Shown here piece after piece: positions 29,317-39,115 of a stretch of 64,000 nucleotides of DNA (position 1 is the first letter of the stretch; each line of letters opens with the position of its first letter). A program made the translations under genes and the position numbers. Below the pieces are notes generated by a model. It searched no databases. It was given only the letters and a program-made list of their open reading frames with translations, and was not told the DNA's origin. Origin of the DNA: Bacteroidales bacterium (lineage in GTDB: Bacteria; Bacteroidota; Bacteroidia; Bacteroidales; UBA10428); NCBI GenBank assembly GCA_050295515.1, contig JBNKPU010000012.1, positions 25,025 to 89,024 of the forward strand, given 5' to 3'.

Positions 29317-30861
29317 ATGGCAAGTAACGAAGACATTTTCAAGAAAATAATAGCCCATTGCAAAGAGTATGGGTTTGTTTTTCAATCGAGTGAAATATAT
29401 GATGGTTTAAGTGCAGTATATGACTATGGTCAAAATGGTTCTGAACTTAAGAATAATATAAAAAAGTATTGGTGGGATGCGATGACCAAGTTGAACGAAA
29501 ACATTGTGGGTATCGATTCAGCCATATTTATGCATCCAAGAATATGGGAAGCGTCTGGACATGTTGGAGCATTTAACGATCCGCTTATAGATAATAAAGA
29601 TTCAAAAAAGAGATATAGGGCAGATGTTCTCATCGAAGAATACCTTGAAAAAATTGAAGGCAAAATAACCAAGGAGGTTGTAAAGGCGGCCAAGAGGTTT
29701 GGAGATTCGTTTGATGAAAAGCAATTCAGGGAAACCAATCAAAGGGTGTTAGACAACCAGAAAAAGATTGATGATACCAAATCAAGGTTTGTAAAAGCTC
29801 TTGAGAAAAATGATCTGGACGAGATCAAACAAATAATTATAGATGCTGAGATTAACTGTCCGGTTTCGGGTTCTAAGAACTGGACTGATGTAAGACAATT
29901 TAACCTGATGTTCAGTACCCAATTGGGTTCTGTAAGCGAAGATGCGAGCACAATATATTTGCGTCCGGAAACTGCACAGGGTATTTTCGTGAATTACCTT
30001 AATGTTCAAAAAACAGGTAGAATGAAGATTCCTTTTGGAATTGCACAAATTGGAAAAGCCTTCAGGAATGAAATTGTTGCCCGTCAGTTTATTTTCAGAA
30101 TGCGCGAATTTGAACAAATGGAAATGCAGTTCTTTGTGCGCCCTGGCACAGAAATGGAATGGTACAAGCACTGGAAAGAGACCAGGCTAAAATGGCACAA
30201 GGCGTTAGGAATGGGAGAAGAAAAGTACCGTTTCCACGATCATGATAAATTGGCTCACTATGCCAATGCAGCTGCGGATATTGAGTTTGAACTACCTATG
30301 GGATTCCGCGAAATTGAAGGAATTCATTCAAGGACAGACTTTGACCTGGGGAACCATGAAAAATTTTCTGGTAAAAAGATTCAATATTTCGATACAGAAT
30401 TAAACAAGAACTATGTACCCTATGTAGTTGAAACTTCTATTGGACTAGATAGAATGTTCTTATCTATTATTTCAAATGCCTATACCGAAGAAACTGTTGA
30501 AAGTACCGGCGAGCAAAGGATAGTTATGAAACTTCCTCCAGTTTTGGCTCCAGTAAAACTAGCTGTATTACCGTTGACAAAAAAGGATGGTCTACCGGAG
30601 AAAGCCAGGGAAATCATGGATACCTTAAAATTTGATTTCAATTGCCAGTACGAGGAAAAAGATTCCATTGGAAAACGCTATCGTCGCCAGGATGCTATTG
30701 GCACGCCATTCTGTATAACTATTGACCATCAGACGTTAGAAGATAATACTGTTACAATCCGTCACCGCGATACCATGGAGCAGGAAAGGGTTCCGGTAGA
30801 CAAATTGGAAGCTATTATGGACGAAAAAGTAAGCATGAAAAAGTTGTTAAAGCAACTGTAA
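29317..30861 (+). CDS. glyQS: glycine--tRNA ligase (homodimeric class II type)
   Basis: MASNEDIFKKIIAHCKEYGFVFQSSEIYDGLSAVYDYG..., class II motifs (FRNE, GIGLDR-like SIGLDRMF), and a C-terminal anticodon-binding domain. ATG at 29317 preferred to the TTG at 29284. Confidence 0.95.
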   Translation: MASNEDIFKKIIAHCKEYGFVFQSSEIYDGLSAVYDYGQNGSELKNNIKKYWWDAMTKLNENIVGIDSAIFMHPRIWEASGHVGAFNDPLIDNKDSKKRYRADVLIEEYLEKIEGKITKEVVKAAKRFGDSFDEKQFRETNQRVLDNQKKIDDTKSRFVKALEKNDLDEIKQIIIDAEINCPVSGSKNWTDVRQFNLMFSTQLGSVSEDASTIYLRPETAQGIFVNYLNVQKTGRMKIPFGIAQIGKAFRNEIVARQFIFRMREFEQMEMQFFVRPGTEMEWYKHWKETRLKWHKALGMGEEKYRFHDHDKLAHYANAAADIEFELPMGFREIEGIHSRTDFDLGNHEKFSGKKIQYFDTELNKNYVPYVVETSIGLDRMFLSIISNAYTEETVESTGEQRIVMKLPPVLAPVKLAVLPLTKKDGLPEKAREIMDTLKFDFNCQYEEKDSIGKRYRRQDAIGTPFCITIDHQTLEDNTVTIRHRDTMEQERVPVDKLEAIMDEKVSMKKLLKQL

Positions 30862-32154
30862 ATGAAGAAAGTCCTGATCATTACATATTATTGGCCACCT
30901 AGTGGGGGATCGCCAGTATTGCGATGGTTAAATTTTGCAAAATATTTACCGGAACATGGTTGGCAGCCAATTATTTTCACACCAAAAAACCCTGTGCCAC
31001 AGGCTATAGATGAAGATTTGCTTAATGAGGTTCCGGAGCATGTTCAGGTATTCAAAGGAATTGTGAGGGAACCAGCCAATTTTTTGGGTATTAAAAAATC
31101 GGCAAAAATTCAACCTGCAGGACTTATTAACGAAAAGAAAAAAAAATCCCTGGTACAAGAGCTTGTCATCTGGATAAGGGGGAATTTTTTTATACCCGAC
31201 GCAAGGCTGTTTTGGATCCGTCCTGCAGCCCGACACATAGTCAAAATCATTAAGGATAATCCTGTCGATGCAATTATTTCAACCGGTCCACCACATAGTA
31301 CACACATGATTGCTTATAGGGTTAAACGCAGGCTGGGAATACCTTGGTTGGCTGATTTCAGGGATCCATGGACAAAAATTGACTACTACCAAGACCTTAA
31401 ATTAGGCAAGTTGGCAGACCGTATTCACCACAAACTTGAAAAAAAGGTGTTGCTGTACTCTGACACAGTTGTGACTGTTGGTCCGACAATGACAGAGGAG
31501 TTCACTGAAATGGGATGTGAACATGTTCATACAATTACAAACGGTCACGACACTAATCCCGAAATATTTAAAGGGCTTACTCAATCTGATAAGTTCAGTA
31601 TACTCCATATTGGCTCTATGCCGTCAAGTAGAAATCCCAAAAACCTTTGGCCAGTATTGAACCAACTTTGTTCAGGAAATCAAGACTTTGCTTCAAAACT
31701 TGAAATTAAACTTATAGGAAAGGTCGATTCAAGTATTATGCAGGCAATTAAAGAGAACAAACTTGAACCTTATCTTGTAAGGATTGACAATATTCCCAAT
31801 AAGGAAGCTCTTAGAGAAATGTTTAAAGCATCGATCTTATTGTTGATAGTAAACAACACCCACAATTCAAAAGGGATATTGACCAATAAATTTTTCGAGT
31901 ACCTTTCAGTAGGCAGGCCAATTCTTTGCATTGGACCGGAAGATGGAGATGTGGCAGAGATAATGAAAGATACCGAAGCAGGAGATGTTGTAGATTATGC
32001 TGAGGTTGAAATCTTGGAGGAAAAGGTTTCCAAATATTACAAGCAATTTTTAAATTCGGATTTTAAAAACACGACAAAAAACACAAATCGCTATTCCAGG
32101 AAAGGGCTTACAATAGAACTGGTCAATTTGCTCGAGAACATCATAAAAGATTAA
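30862..32154 (+). CDS. glycosyltransferase, GT-B fold (GT4-like)
   Basis: KVLIITYYWPPSGGSPVLRW N-terminus, DFRDPW motif and a C-terminal Rossmann half. The ATG directly abuts the glyQS stop. Confidence 0.7.
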   Translation: MKKVLIITYYWPPSGGSPVLRWLNFAKYLPEHGWQPIIFTPKNPVPQAIDEDLLNEVPEHVQVFKGIVREPANFLGIKKSAKIQPAGLINEKKKKSLVQELVIWIRGNFFIPDARLFWIRPAARHIVKIIKDNPVDAIISTGPPHSTHMIAYRVKRRLGIPWLADFRDPWTKIDYYQDLKLGKLADRIHHKLEKKVLLYSDTVVTVGPTMTEEFTEMGCEHVHTITNGHDTNPEIFKGLTQSDKFSILHIGSMPSSRNPKNLWPVLNQLCSGNQDFASKLEIKLIGKVDSSIMQAIKENKLEPYLVRIDNIPNKEALREMFKASILLLIVNNTHNSKGILTNKFFEYLSVGRPILCIGPEDGDVAEIMKDTEAGDVVDYAEVEILEEKVSKYYKQFLNSDFKNTTKNTNRYSRKGLTIELVNLLENIIKD

Positions 32155-32239
32155 GTAAGCATGGTGGATTGTTTAAGCTTTTTCTAGAACTGCCACCTAA
32201 ATATTTATAAAGGAATTATATTTATACAAAAGCAATAAT

Positions 32240-33460
32240 ATGGGAAAGGTAGTTGAATCAGTAACAGTATTAGGGATGGGCTATATTGGCTTACCTACAG
32301 CAGCTTTAATTGCTAAGAACAAAATCAAAGTTAATGGAGTAGATATTAACTCAAAGGTTGTTGATACCATTAACAGGGGTGAAATTCATATTGTAGAACC
32401 TGATTTGGATGAATACATTAGCGATGCTGTTTCGAGCGGCTACCTCAAAGCTTTTAAAAGCCCGGTTGTTGCAGACATTTATATCATAGTTGTACCTACT
32501 CCATTTAAAGGAGACCACGAACCGGATATATCTTTTGTTGAATCAGCCACCAAATCTATTATTCCATTATTGAAACCTGAAGATCTGGTAATTATTGAAT
32601 CTACCAGTCCGATTGGCACAACTGAAAAAATGGCCGCCCTAATTTATTCTGAAAGGCCTGAACTTAAGGAAAACCTTTATCTGGCCTACTGTCCAGAACG
32701 TGTTTTACCTGGCAACATCATGTTTGAATTAGAAAACAACGACCGTGTGATAGGAGGCGTGGATGAAGAATCGACCAATAGAGCATGCAATTTCTATAGT
32801 GTTTTTGTTAAGTCTGAACTGCATAGAACAAATGCCAGGACAGCAGAAATGTGTAAGCTGACTGAAAATTCATCACGCGATGTGCAGATAGCTTTTGCGA
32901 ATGAGCTTTCTTTAATTTGTGATAAGGCGGGAATAAATGTTTGGGAGCTAATTGAATTGGCAAACAAACATCCAAGGGTAAATATACTGCAACCTGGAAG
33001 CGGGGTTGGAGGGCATTGTATTGCTGTAGATCCATGGTTTATTGTTTCAGAATATCCTTTAGAATCTAAGATAATTGGAAGTGCACGCGAGGTGAACAAT
33101 TACAAGTCATTTTGGTGTGCAGAAAAAATTGAGAGCTCCCGTAAAGAGTTTGAACTAAAACATGGCAGGATTCCGACAATTGCTTGCATGGGACTGGCAT
33201 TTAAGCCTAACATTGACGATTTAAGGGAATCTCCGGCCAAATATATTGCACAAAAGGTTCTGCAGTCTGACAATAACTCAACAGTTTTTTTTGTTGAACC
33301 AAATATCAATGAGCATTCAGTGTTCAAATTGACTTCTTTTCAAGAAGCCTATGATAAGGCAGATATTGTTGCCTTTTTAGTTGCACATAAAGAATTTAAA
33401 ACTCTTGAATACAAGTCAGATAAGATAATTTTAGATTTTTGCGGTGTTTTTAAGAAGTAA
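32240..33460 (+). CDS. wecC: UDP-N-acetyl-D-mannosamine dehydrogenase (nucleotide-sugar 6-dehydrogenase)
   Basis: Rossmann VLGMGYIGLPTAALIA and catalytic Cys context GSGVGGHCIAVDPWF. 406 aa, adjacent to wecB. Confidence 0.8.
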   Translation: MGKVVESVTVLGMGYIGLPTAALIAKNKIKVNGVDINSKVVDTINRGEIHIVEPDLDEYISDAVSSGYLKAFKSPVVADIYIIVVPTPFKGDHEPDISFVESATKSIIPLLKPEDLVIIESTSPIGTTEKMAALIYSERPELKENLYLAYCPERVLPGNIMFELENNDRVIGGVDEESTNRACNFYSVFVKSELHRTNARTAEMCKLTENSSRDVQIAFANELSLICDKAGINVWELIELANKHPRVNILQPGSGVGGHCIAVDPWFIVSEYPLESKIIGSAREVNNYKSFWCAEKIESSRKEFELKHGRIPTIACMGLAFKPNIDDLRESPAKYIAQKVLQSDNNSTVFFVEPNINEHSVFKLTSFQEAYDKADIVAFLVAHKEFKTLEYKSDKIILDFCGVFKK

Positions 33461-33490
33461 TTAGTCAATCATACAAAAGAGAGAACTTTG

Positions 33491-34648
33491 ATGAAGAAAA
33501 AAATATTGATTGTTTTTGGCACACGTCCCGAAGCCATTAAAATGGCACCTTTGGTAAAAACATTTTTAGCTGATAACATTAATTTTGAAACAAAAGTATG
33601 TGTTACCGGACAACATAGGGAAATGCTTGATCAGGTTCTTGATTTATTTGAGATAAAACCTGATTTCGATCTCAATATTATGAAATCTGGTCAAGATTTG
33701 TATGATGTTACCAGTAAGGTAATTCTGGGCATGCGTGATGTTCTGAATACGTTTACTCCAGATATCCTATTTGTACATGGGGACACCTCGACTTCAACAA
33801 TTGCTGCCCTGGCTGCCTTTTACAAACAAGTACCTGTTGCCCACATTGAGGCAGGACTGAGGACAAATAATATTTATTCGCCATGGCCTGAAGAGCTTAA
33901 CAGACAGGTTACCAGTAGGATTACTAAATACAATTTTGCCCCAACCAAATTGGCAAAAGAAAACCTTCTGAAAGAAAATGTTTCTGAAGAAAATATTGTT
34001 GTTACAGGAAATACAGTTATAGATGCTCTATATCTTGTTTTGGACAGGATAAAAAACGATCCGCAAATATCTGTTCGGATAAAAGGAGAACTTGAGGAAA
34101 AATTAGGAAGCAATTTTGATATTGGAAATTCCCGAATAGTACTGGTGACAGGTCATCGCCGCGAAAATTTTGGACAAGGTTTTTTGAATATCTGCGAATC
34201 ATTAAAAAATATAGCAGAACAAAATCCAGATGTTCAAATTATATATCCGGTACATCTGAATCCAAATGTTCAAAAGCCAGTATATGAATTGCTTCAGAGT
34301 ATTGATAATGTATCGTTGATTGATCCCTTAGAATACTTGCCATTTGTATACCTGATGAGCAAGTCCCATGTTATTTTAACAGACAGTGGCGGTATCCAGG
34401 AAGAGGCCCCCGGACTGGGCAAGCCAGTTCTGGTCATGCGTGATACAACAGAGCGCCCCGAAGCTTTGGATGCGGGCACGGTAAGGCTTGTAGGAACAGA
34501 TAGGGATACTATTGTAAACAATGTCAATATGTTACTTAATAATAGTAAGGAATATCAAAAAATGTCGACGGCCCATAATCCATATGGTGATGGAAAAGCG
34601 TGCTCACGAATTATTCAATATCTTGTTCAGGGCAGTATAGATTCTTAA
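33491..34648 (+). CDS. wecB: UDP-N-acetylglucosamine 2-epimerase (non-hydrolysing)
   Basis: [21 protein letters not shown] and [28 protein letters not shown] blocks. Confidence 0.9.
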   Translation: MKKKILIVFGTRPEAIKMAPLVKTFLADNINFETKVCVTGQHREMLDQVLDLFEIKPDFDLNIMKSGQDLYDVTSKVILGMRDVLNTFTPDILFVHGDTSTSTIAALAAFYKQVPVAHIEAGLRTNNIYSPWPEELNRQVTSRITKYNFAPTKLAKENLLKENVSEENIVVTGNTVIDALYLVLDRIKNDPQISVRIKGELEEKLGSNFDIGNSRIVLVTGHRRENFGQGFLNICESLKNIAEQNPDVQIIYPVHLNPNVQKPVYELLQSIDNVSLIDPLEYLPFVYLMSKSHVILTDSGGIQEEAPGLGKPVLVMRDTTERPEALDAGTVRLVGTDRDTIVNNVNMLLNNSKEYQKMSTAHNPYGDGKACSRIIQYLVQGSIDS

Positions 34649-34716
34649 TGAAAAAACTCCTCATCTATAAGAGAATTCTTGTATTTTAGCACCTTCAAGT
34701 GCTAAACAGTCCATAT

Positions 34717-35883
34717 ATGAATATATTAATGGTTTTGGAAAGGGACTTTCCACCGGACCTAAGAGTTGAAAATGAGATAAAAGGACTCATTGAACAAAAT
34801 CATCAGGTAGTTCTAGCCTGTTATTCTCAGAAACAGGAAGAAAATCTGGTTGTTTCTGACTGGAATGGCTGCAAGGTTTACAAAAATAAAATTTCAAAAC
34901 TGACTTATAAAAGTAGTATTGGAGTCTTGAAGTTTCCAGGATATTTTCGTTTCTGGAAAAAACTTTTAACCCATATACTAGAAAAAGAAAGTATAAATGC
35001 TATTCACATTCATGATTTACCATTAGCACAGCTTGGTTGTGAGATAAAGAAAAAGCATAATATAAAGTTTACACTAGATCTGCATGAAAACTGGCCAGCC
35101 TATTTAAGGGTATCAAAGCATGCCAATACACTAATAGGTAAATTAATATCTTCAAATAACCAATGGGAAGCATATGAAAAGAAAAACTGCTTTTGTGCAG
35201 ATCATGTTATAGTGGTTGTTGATGAGGCGAAAGAAAGGTTAATGAAGCTTGGAATAGATCCAAAAAAAATCGATGTTGTTTCCAATTACCCTGAACTTTC
35301 AGATTTTGAGGGGCTATCAACAGCCCCTAAAGAAGTAGATAAACTTGTGCTGTTTTATGCAGGAGGTATTGCTGAGCACAGAGGGTTGCAGTTTATTATT
35401 CAGTCATTGCCACAGGTAATCAACACCTATCCGAATATTGAGCTCAGAATTTTTGGGCAAGGTAACTATGTTGAGTACCTAAAAGGATTGAGCGCTGATC
35501 TTCATGTGTCTGACCATGTGATATTTTATGGACAGGTTCCTTACAAAATTGTTTTAGAGGAATTGTCCAAGGCTGATATTACCCTGATACCCCATTCGAA
35601 AAATGACCATACGGACAGCACAATTCCACACAAATTGTTTCAATATATCTTCGCGGGCAAACCAGTTCTTGCCTCAAATTGTGACCCCATTGAGCGTATT
35701 TTGAACGAGTCGAACGCTGGAAAAGTTTATGAGTGGAACAATCCTGATGATGCAGCTAAGAAACTGGATTGGATAGTTAAAAACTACAGGTATTTTCAGG
35801 CTGAACAATTAAAAGGTGTTATTGAAAAGAATTACAATTGGGAAAATGAGAAAGTAAAGCTTCAAAATATATACAGCAGATGA
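34717..35883 (+). CDS. glycosyltransferase family 4 (GT-B)
   Basis: MNILMVLERDFPPD N-terminus, FYAGGIAEHRGL, and a C-terminal IPHKLFQYIFAGKPVLASN (E-x7-E-like region). Confidence 0.8.
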   Translation: MNILMVLERDFPPDLRVENEIKGLIEQNHQVVLACYSQKQEENLVVSDWNGCKVYKNKISKLTYKSSIGVLKFPGYFRFWKKLLTHILEKESINAIHIHDLPLAQLGCEIKKKHNIKFTLDLHENWPAYLRVSKHANTLIGKLISSNNQWEAYEKKNCFCADHVIVVVDEAKERLMKLGIDPKKIDVVSNYPELSDFEGLSTAPKEVDKLVLFYAGGIAEHRGLQFIIQSLPQVINTYPNIELRIFGQGNYVEYLKGLSADLHVSDHVIFYGQVPYKIVLEELSKADITLIPHSKNDHTDSTIPHKLFQYIFAGKPVLASNCDPIERILNESNAGKVYEWNNPDDAAKKLDWIVKNYRYFQAEQLKGVIEKNYNWENEKVKLQNIYSR

Positions 35884-38003
35884 AACAGGTTATTGTTAAG
35901 AAAGGAAAAGTTTTTAATGAGGAGGTAGCCCCTCCGATAGTTGAACCTGGATTTTTATTGATTCAGGTAGCTAATAGCTGTATTTCTGCAGGTACTGAAA
36001 TAGCTAGTGTTAATAGCACAAAAAAAAGCATGATCAATAGGGCCATGGAAAAGCCTGAAAAAATTAGCATGGTGCTCCAAATGCTTAAGCAGAGAGGTCT
36101 TTTAAAAACCCTGAGGCAAATAAAAGATATAAGTGGGACAGGAATGTTCTCGGGATATTCGGTAAGTGGAAAAGTTATTGAAACCGGACAGGATATTACT
36201 GATATAAAACCCGGAGACAGGGTCGCTGCAGCAGGAGGTGGTTATGCTATACATGCTGAATTTGTATTAGTACCCCAAAATCTGGTAGTTAAAATCCCGG
36301 ATAATGTCGCTTACGAGGAAGCTGCTTCTGCCACTATTGGGGCAATAGCTTTGCATGGAGTTAGAAGAGCAGGACTTGCTATTGGTGAATTTGCAGTTGT
36401 TGTGGGTTGTGGTATAATTGGATTGTTTACTACTCAGATTTTGATTGCCAGTGGAGTTAAAGTTGCCGCCATTGACCTGGATAAAAAAAGGTTGGAATTG
36501 GCCAAAAAATTTGGGGCTCAATTGACTATTTGCCCGGCAGACCATGATCCTGTGAATATAGTCAGGCAATGGAGCGAGGGAATGGGTGCTGATGCTGTAA
36601 TTTTCACTGCCGCAGTTAAGGAAAAAGATCCTTTATCACAATCTTTTAAGATGTGCAGGAGAAAGGGGCGGGTTGTTTTAGTAGGTACTACACCTATTGA
36701 GATTGATAGGCAGGATATCTATACCGATGAAATTGATTTTTTAATTTCTACTTCATACGGTCCCGGACGTTATGATAAAAACTATGAAGAAGGGGGAAAT
36801 GATTACCCCTATGCTTATGTAAGGTGGACAGAACAAAGAAATATAAAAGAGTTTCTGGCTTTAGTTGGGAATAAATCAGTAGATATTCAATCAATGATCG
36901 ATGAAACTTTCCCCATTGAGGAATCTGAAAAAGCTTTTGCTTCTTTATCCTCTGGTACTGTTAAGCCACTTATTGTGTTGTTAGATTATAAGCTGGAAGA
37001 GGATATCAAGAACCAAGCTGCTTCTGCTATCCAGATTAAAAATGAGAATAAGAACATAAAGGGACAGATAAATGTAGCTATTGTTGGCACAGGCAATTTT
37101 TTCAAAAGCGTCCACTTGCCCAATTTGCAGGAATTAGAGGCTAAGTACAACATCTATGCGGTGATGAGCCGAAAAGGTTATGATGCTAAAATTATTGCCG
37201 AACAAAACAGGGCTGAATATTCCACTACTGACTTTGATAAAATTATATCAGATCCCAATGTTAATTTAGTATTTATCAGTACACGGCATGAAAGCCACGG
37301 TTCTTTAACATTAAAAGCATTAAGAGCTGGCAAGCATGTTTTTGTTGAAAAACCTCTTGCTATTCGTGCCGAGGAACTGAAGCAAATCCAAGAGTTTTAT
37401 CTATCAACAGAATACCCTCCCTTGCTGATGGTAGGATATAACAGGCGGTTCAGCCCTATTAGCAAGGAAATAAAGAAAGCAGTTAATGAAAGAGTAAACC
37501 CTTTGTTTATCAGGTACAGGATGAATGCAGGCTATTTGAAAAAAGACCACTGGGTTTTCAATGAAGGGGGAAGGATTGTTGGAGAGGCTTGTCATATAAT
37601 TGATTTGATGCAATATCTTGTTGAATCATCAATTTCTGAAGTTGCTGTTTCTGAACTTACACCGAAGACTGATTATTATTCATCAGGTGACAATAAATCG
37701 TTTACATTGAAATTTGAGGATGGATCGATTGCCTCAATTGATTATTTTTCAAATGGTAACAGTAAATTATCAAAAGAATATATGGAAATCCATTTCGATG
37801 GGAAAAGTATTGTTATGGATGATTATAAAACACTTGATGGATATGGGGTAAAAATCAAACCATTTAATTCAAAGTTAAGTAATAAGGGGCATTTGGAGGA
37901 GCTTGGGGAATTATATAACTTTTTATCCGGAAAATCTCAAAATCCACCTACTAATATAGAAGCACTTTTAGAAAATTCATTTGTGAACATGTTTATAAAA
38001 TAA
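35880..38003 (+). CDS. bi-domain oxidoreductase: Zn-type alcohol-dehydrogenase-like N-half fused to a Gfo/Idh/MocA C-half
   Basis: N-half has a GroES-like fold plus the VVGCGIIGL Rossmann. C-half has VAIVGTGNFFKSVHLPNL and HVFVEKPLA (EKP motif). The ATG overlaps the upstream stop (ATGA). Confidence 0.8.
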   Translation: MKQVIVKKGKVFNEEVAPPIVEPGFLLIQVANSCISAGTEIASVNSTKKSMINRAMEKPEKISMVLQMLKQRGLLKTLRQIKDISGTGMFSGYSVSGKVIETGQDITDIKPGDRVAAAGGGYAIHAEFVLVPQNLVVKIPDNVAYEEAASATIGAIALHGVRRAGLAIGEFAVVVGCGIIGLFTTQILIASGVKVAAIDLDKKRLELAKKFGAQLTICPADHDPVNIVRQWSEGMGADAVIFTAAVKEKDPLSQSFKMCRRKGRVVLVGTTPIEIDRQDIYTDEIDFLISTSYGPGRYDKNYEEGGNDYPYAYVRWTEQRNIKEFLALVGNKSVDIQSMIDETFPIEESEKAFASLSSGTVKPLIVLLDYKLEEDIKNQAASAIQIKNENKNIKGQINVAIVGTGNFFKSVHLPNLQELEAKYNIYAVMSRKGYDAKIIAEQNRAEYSTTDFDKIISDPNVNLVFISTRHESHGSLTLKALRAGKHVFVEKPLAIRAEELKQIQEFYLSTEYPPLLMVGYNRRFSPISKEIKKAVNERVNPLFIRYRMNAGYLKKDHWVFNEGGRIVGEACHIIDLMQYLVESSISEVAVSELTPKTDYYSSGDNKSFTLKFEDGSIASIDYFSNGNSKLSKEYMEIHFDGKSIVMDDYKTLDGYGVKIKPFNSKLSNKGHLEELGELYNFLSGKSQNPPTNIEALLENSFVNMFIK

Positions 38004-38105
38004 AAATAAACTATGCTATTGATCGGTTTCATCCACATAAATAAATTATATTGCTTAAAAGAATTTAAAAATTAAAATAAGTAAAAAACAACTATATATC
38101 TTAAT

Positions 38106-39098
38106 ATGGATTGGAAAAACAAACGTGTATTAATAACAGGAGCTGATGGTTTTATTGGTTCTCACCTGGTTGAGGCACTCCACAAAAAAGGTGCTAAAAT
38201 AAGAGCATTAAGTTATTACAATTCATTTAATTACTGGGGTTGGCTTGAATCATTAAATTGCCAGAAAGAAATTGAAATTGTATCAGGGGATATCAGGGAC
38301 CCTTTTTATTGTAAGGAGATTTCTAAAGATATTGATATTATTTTTCACTTGGCAGCTTTAATAGCAATTCCCTATTCGTATGTTGCCCCTCAAAATTATA
38401 TAGAAACAAATGTTGTTGGCACCTTAAATATGTGTCAGGCAGCCCTTGATAATAAGTGTGAGCGAATTCTATGTACATCAACGAGTGAGGTTTATGGTAC
38501 AGCTCAATATGTTCCTATTGATGAAAAGCATCCTCTTCAACCACAATCTCCTTATAGTGCCAGTAAAATAGGTGCCGACTCTATTGCTTTGAGCTACTAT
38601 AATGCATTTAATCTGCCACTCACCATAGTCCGGCCATTTAATACCTATGGTCCGAGGCAATCATTAAGAGCTGTTATACCAAATATTATCTGTCAAATGG
38701 TGGAAGGCAAGGAGGAAATCAAACTTGGGGATACTAGACCCACCAGGGATTTTAATTTTGTGAAAGATACCTGTAAGGGAATGATTATGCTTGCTGAATC
38801 AAATAATACTTTAGGTAGGACAATCAATATTGGTTCAGGAAAGGAAATTTCTATACTTGATCTGTTTTTTCTATTAAAGGAATTGACCGATAGCAAGACC
38901 AAGATAGTAGTTGATGAGGTGCGGATAAGACCAGAAAATTCTGAAGTTTTTAGGCTCAATTGCGACAATGCCCTGATTAAAGAGTTGACTGGTTTTGAAC
39001 CTTCCTACTCTCTAAAACAAGGTTTGCTGGAAAGTATTGACTGGTATAAAAATCCAGTTAACCTTTCAAAGTTTAAAACCGGAATCTATAATCGTTAG
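38106..39098 (+). CDS. SDR-family NDP-sugar 4,6-dehydratase, LegB-like
   Basis: VLITGADGFIGSHLVEAL, YYNSFNYWGWLESL (as I recall, characteristic of LegB-type dehydratases), STSEVYG and the YSASK catalytic motif. Confidence 0.65.
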   Translation: MDWKNKRVLITGADGFIGSHLVEALHKKGAKIRALSYYNSFNYWGWLESLNCQKEIEIVSGDIRDPFYCKEISKDIDIIFHLAALIAIPYSYVAPQNYIETNVVGTLNMCQAALDNKCERILCTSTSEVYGTAQYVPIDEKHPLQPQSPYSASKIGADSIALSYYNAFNLPLTIVRPFNTYGPRQSLRAVIPNIICQMVEGKEEIKLGDTRPTRDFNFVKDTCKGMIMLAESNNTLGRTINIGSGKEISILDLFFLLKELTDSKTKIVVDEVRIRPENSEVFRLNCDNALIKELTGFEPSYSLKQGLLESIDWYKNPVNLSKFKTGIYNR

Positions 39099-39115
39099 AA
39101 GTTTTAACAGGTAAA

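Noticed and set aside
31138-31146. A9 tract inside the first GT4 gene (and A7-A8 tracts in other glycan genes at 35261, 36021 and 47458) as slipped-strand phase-variation switches
   Set aside because: All the tracts encode Lys-Lys-Lys runs. Equally long A-tracts occur in housekeeping genes such as tyrS (2826..2833). In an A+T-rich genome this is expected background. Only population sequencing showing length heterogeneity would revive the idea.
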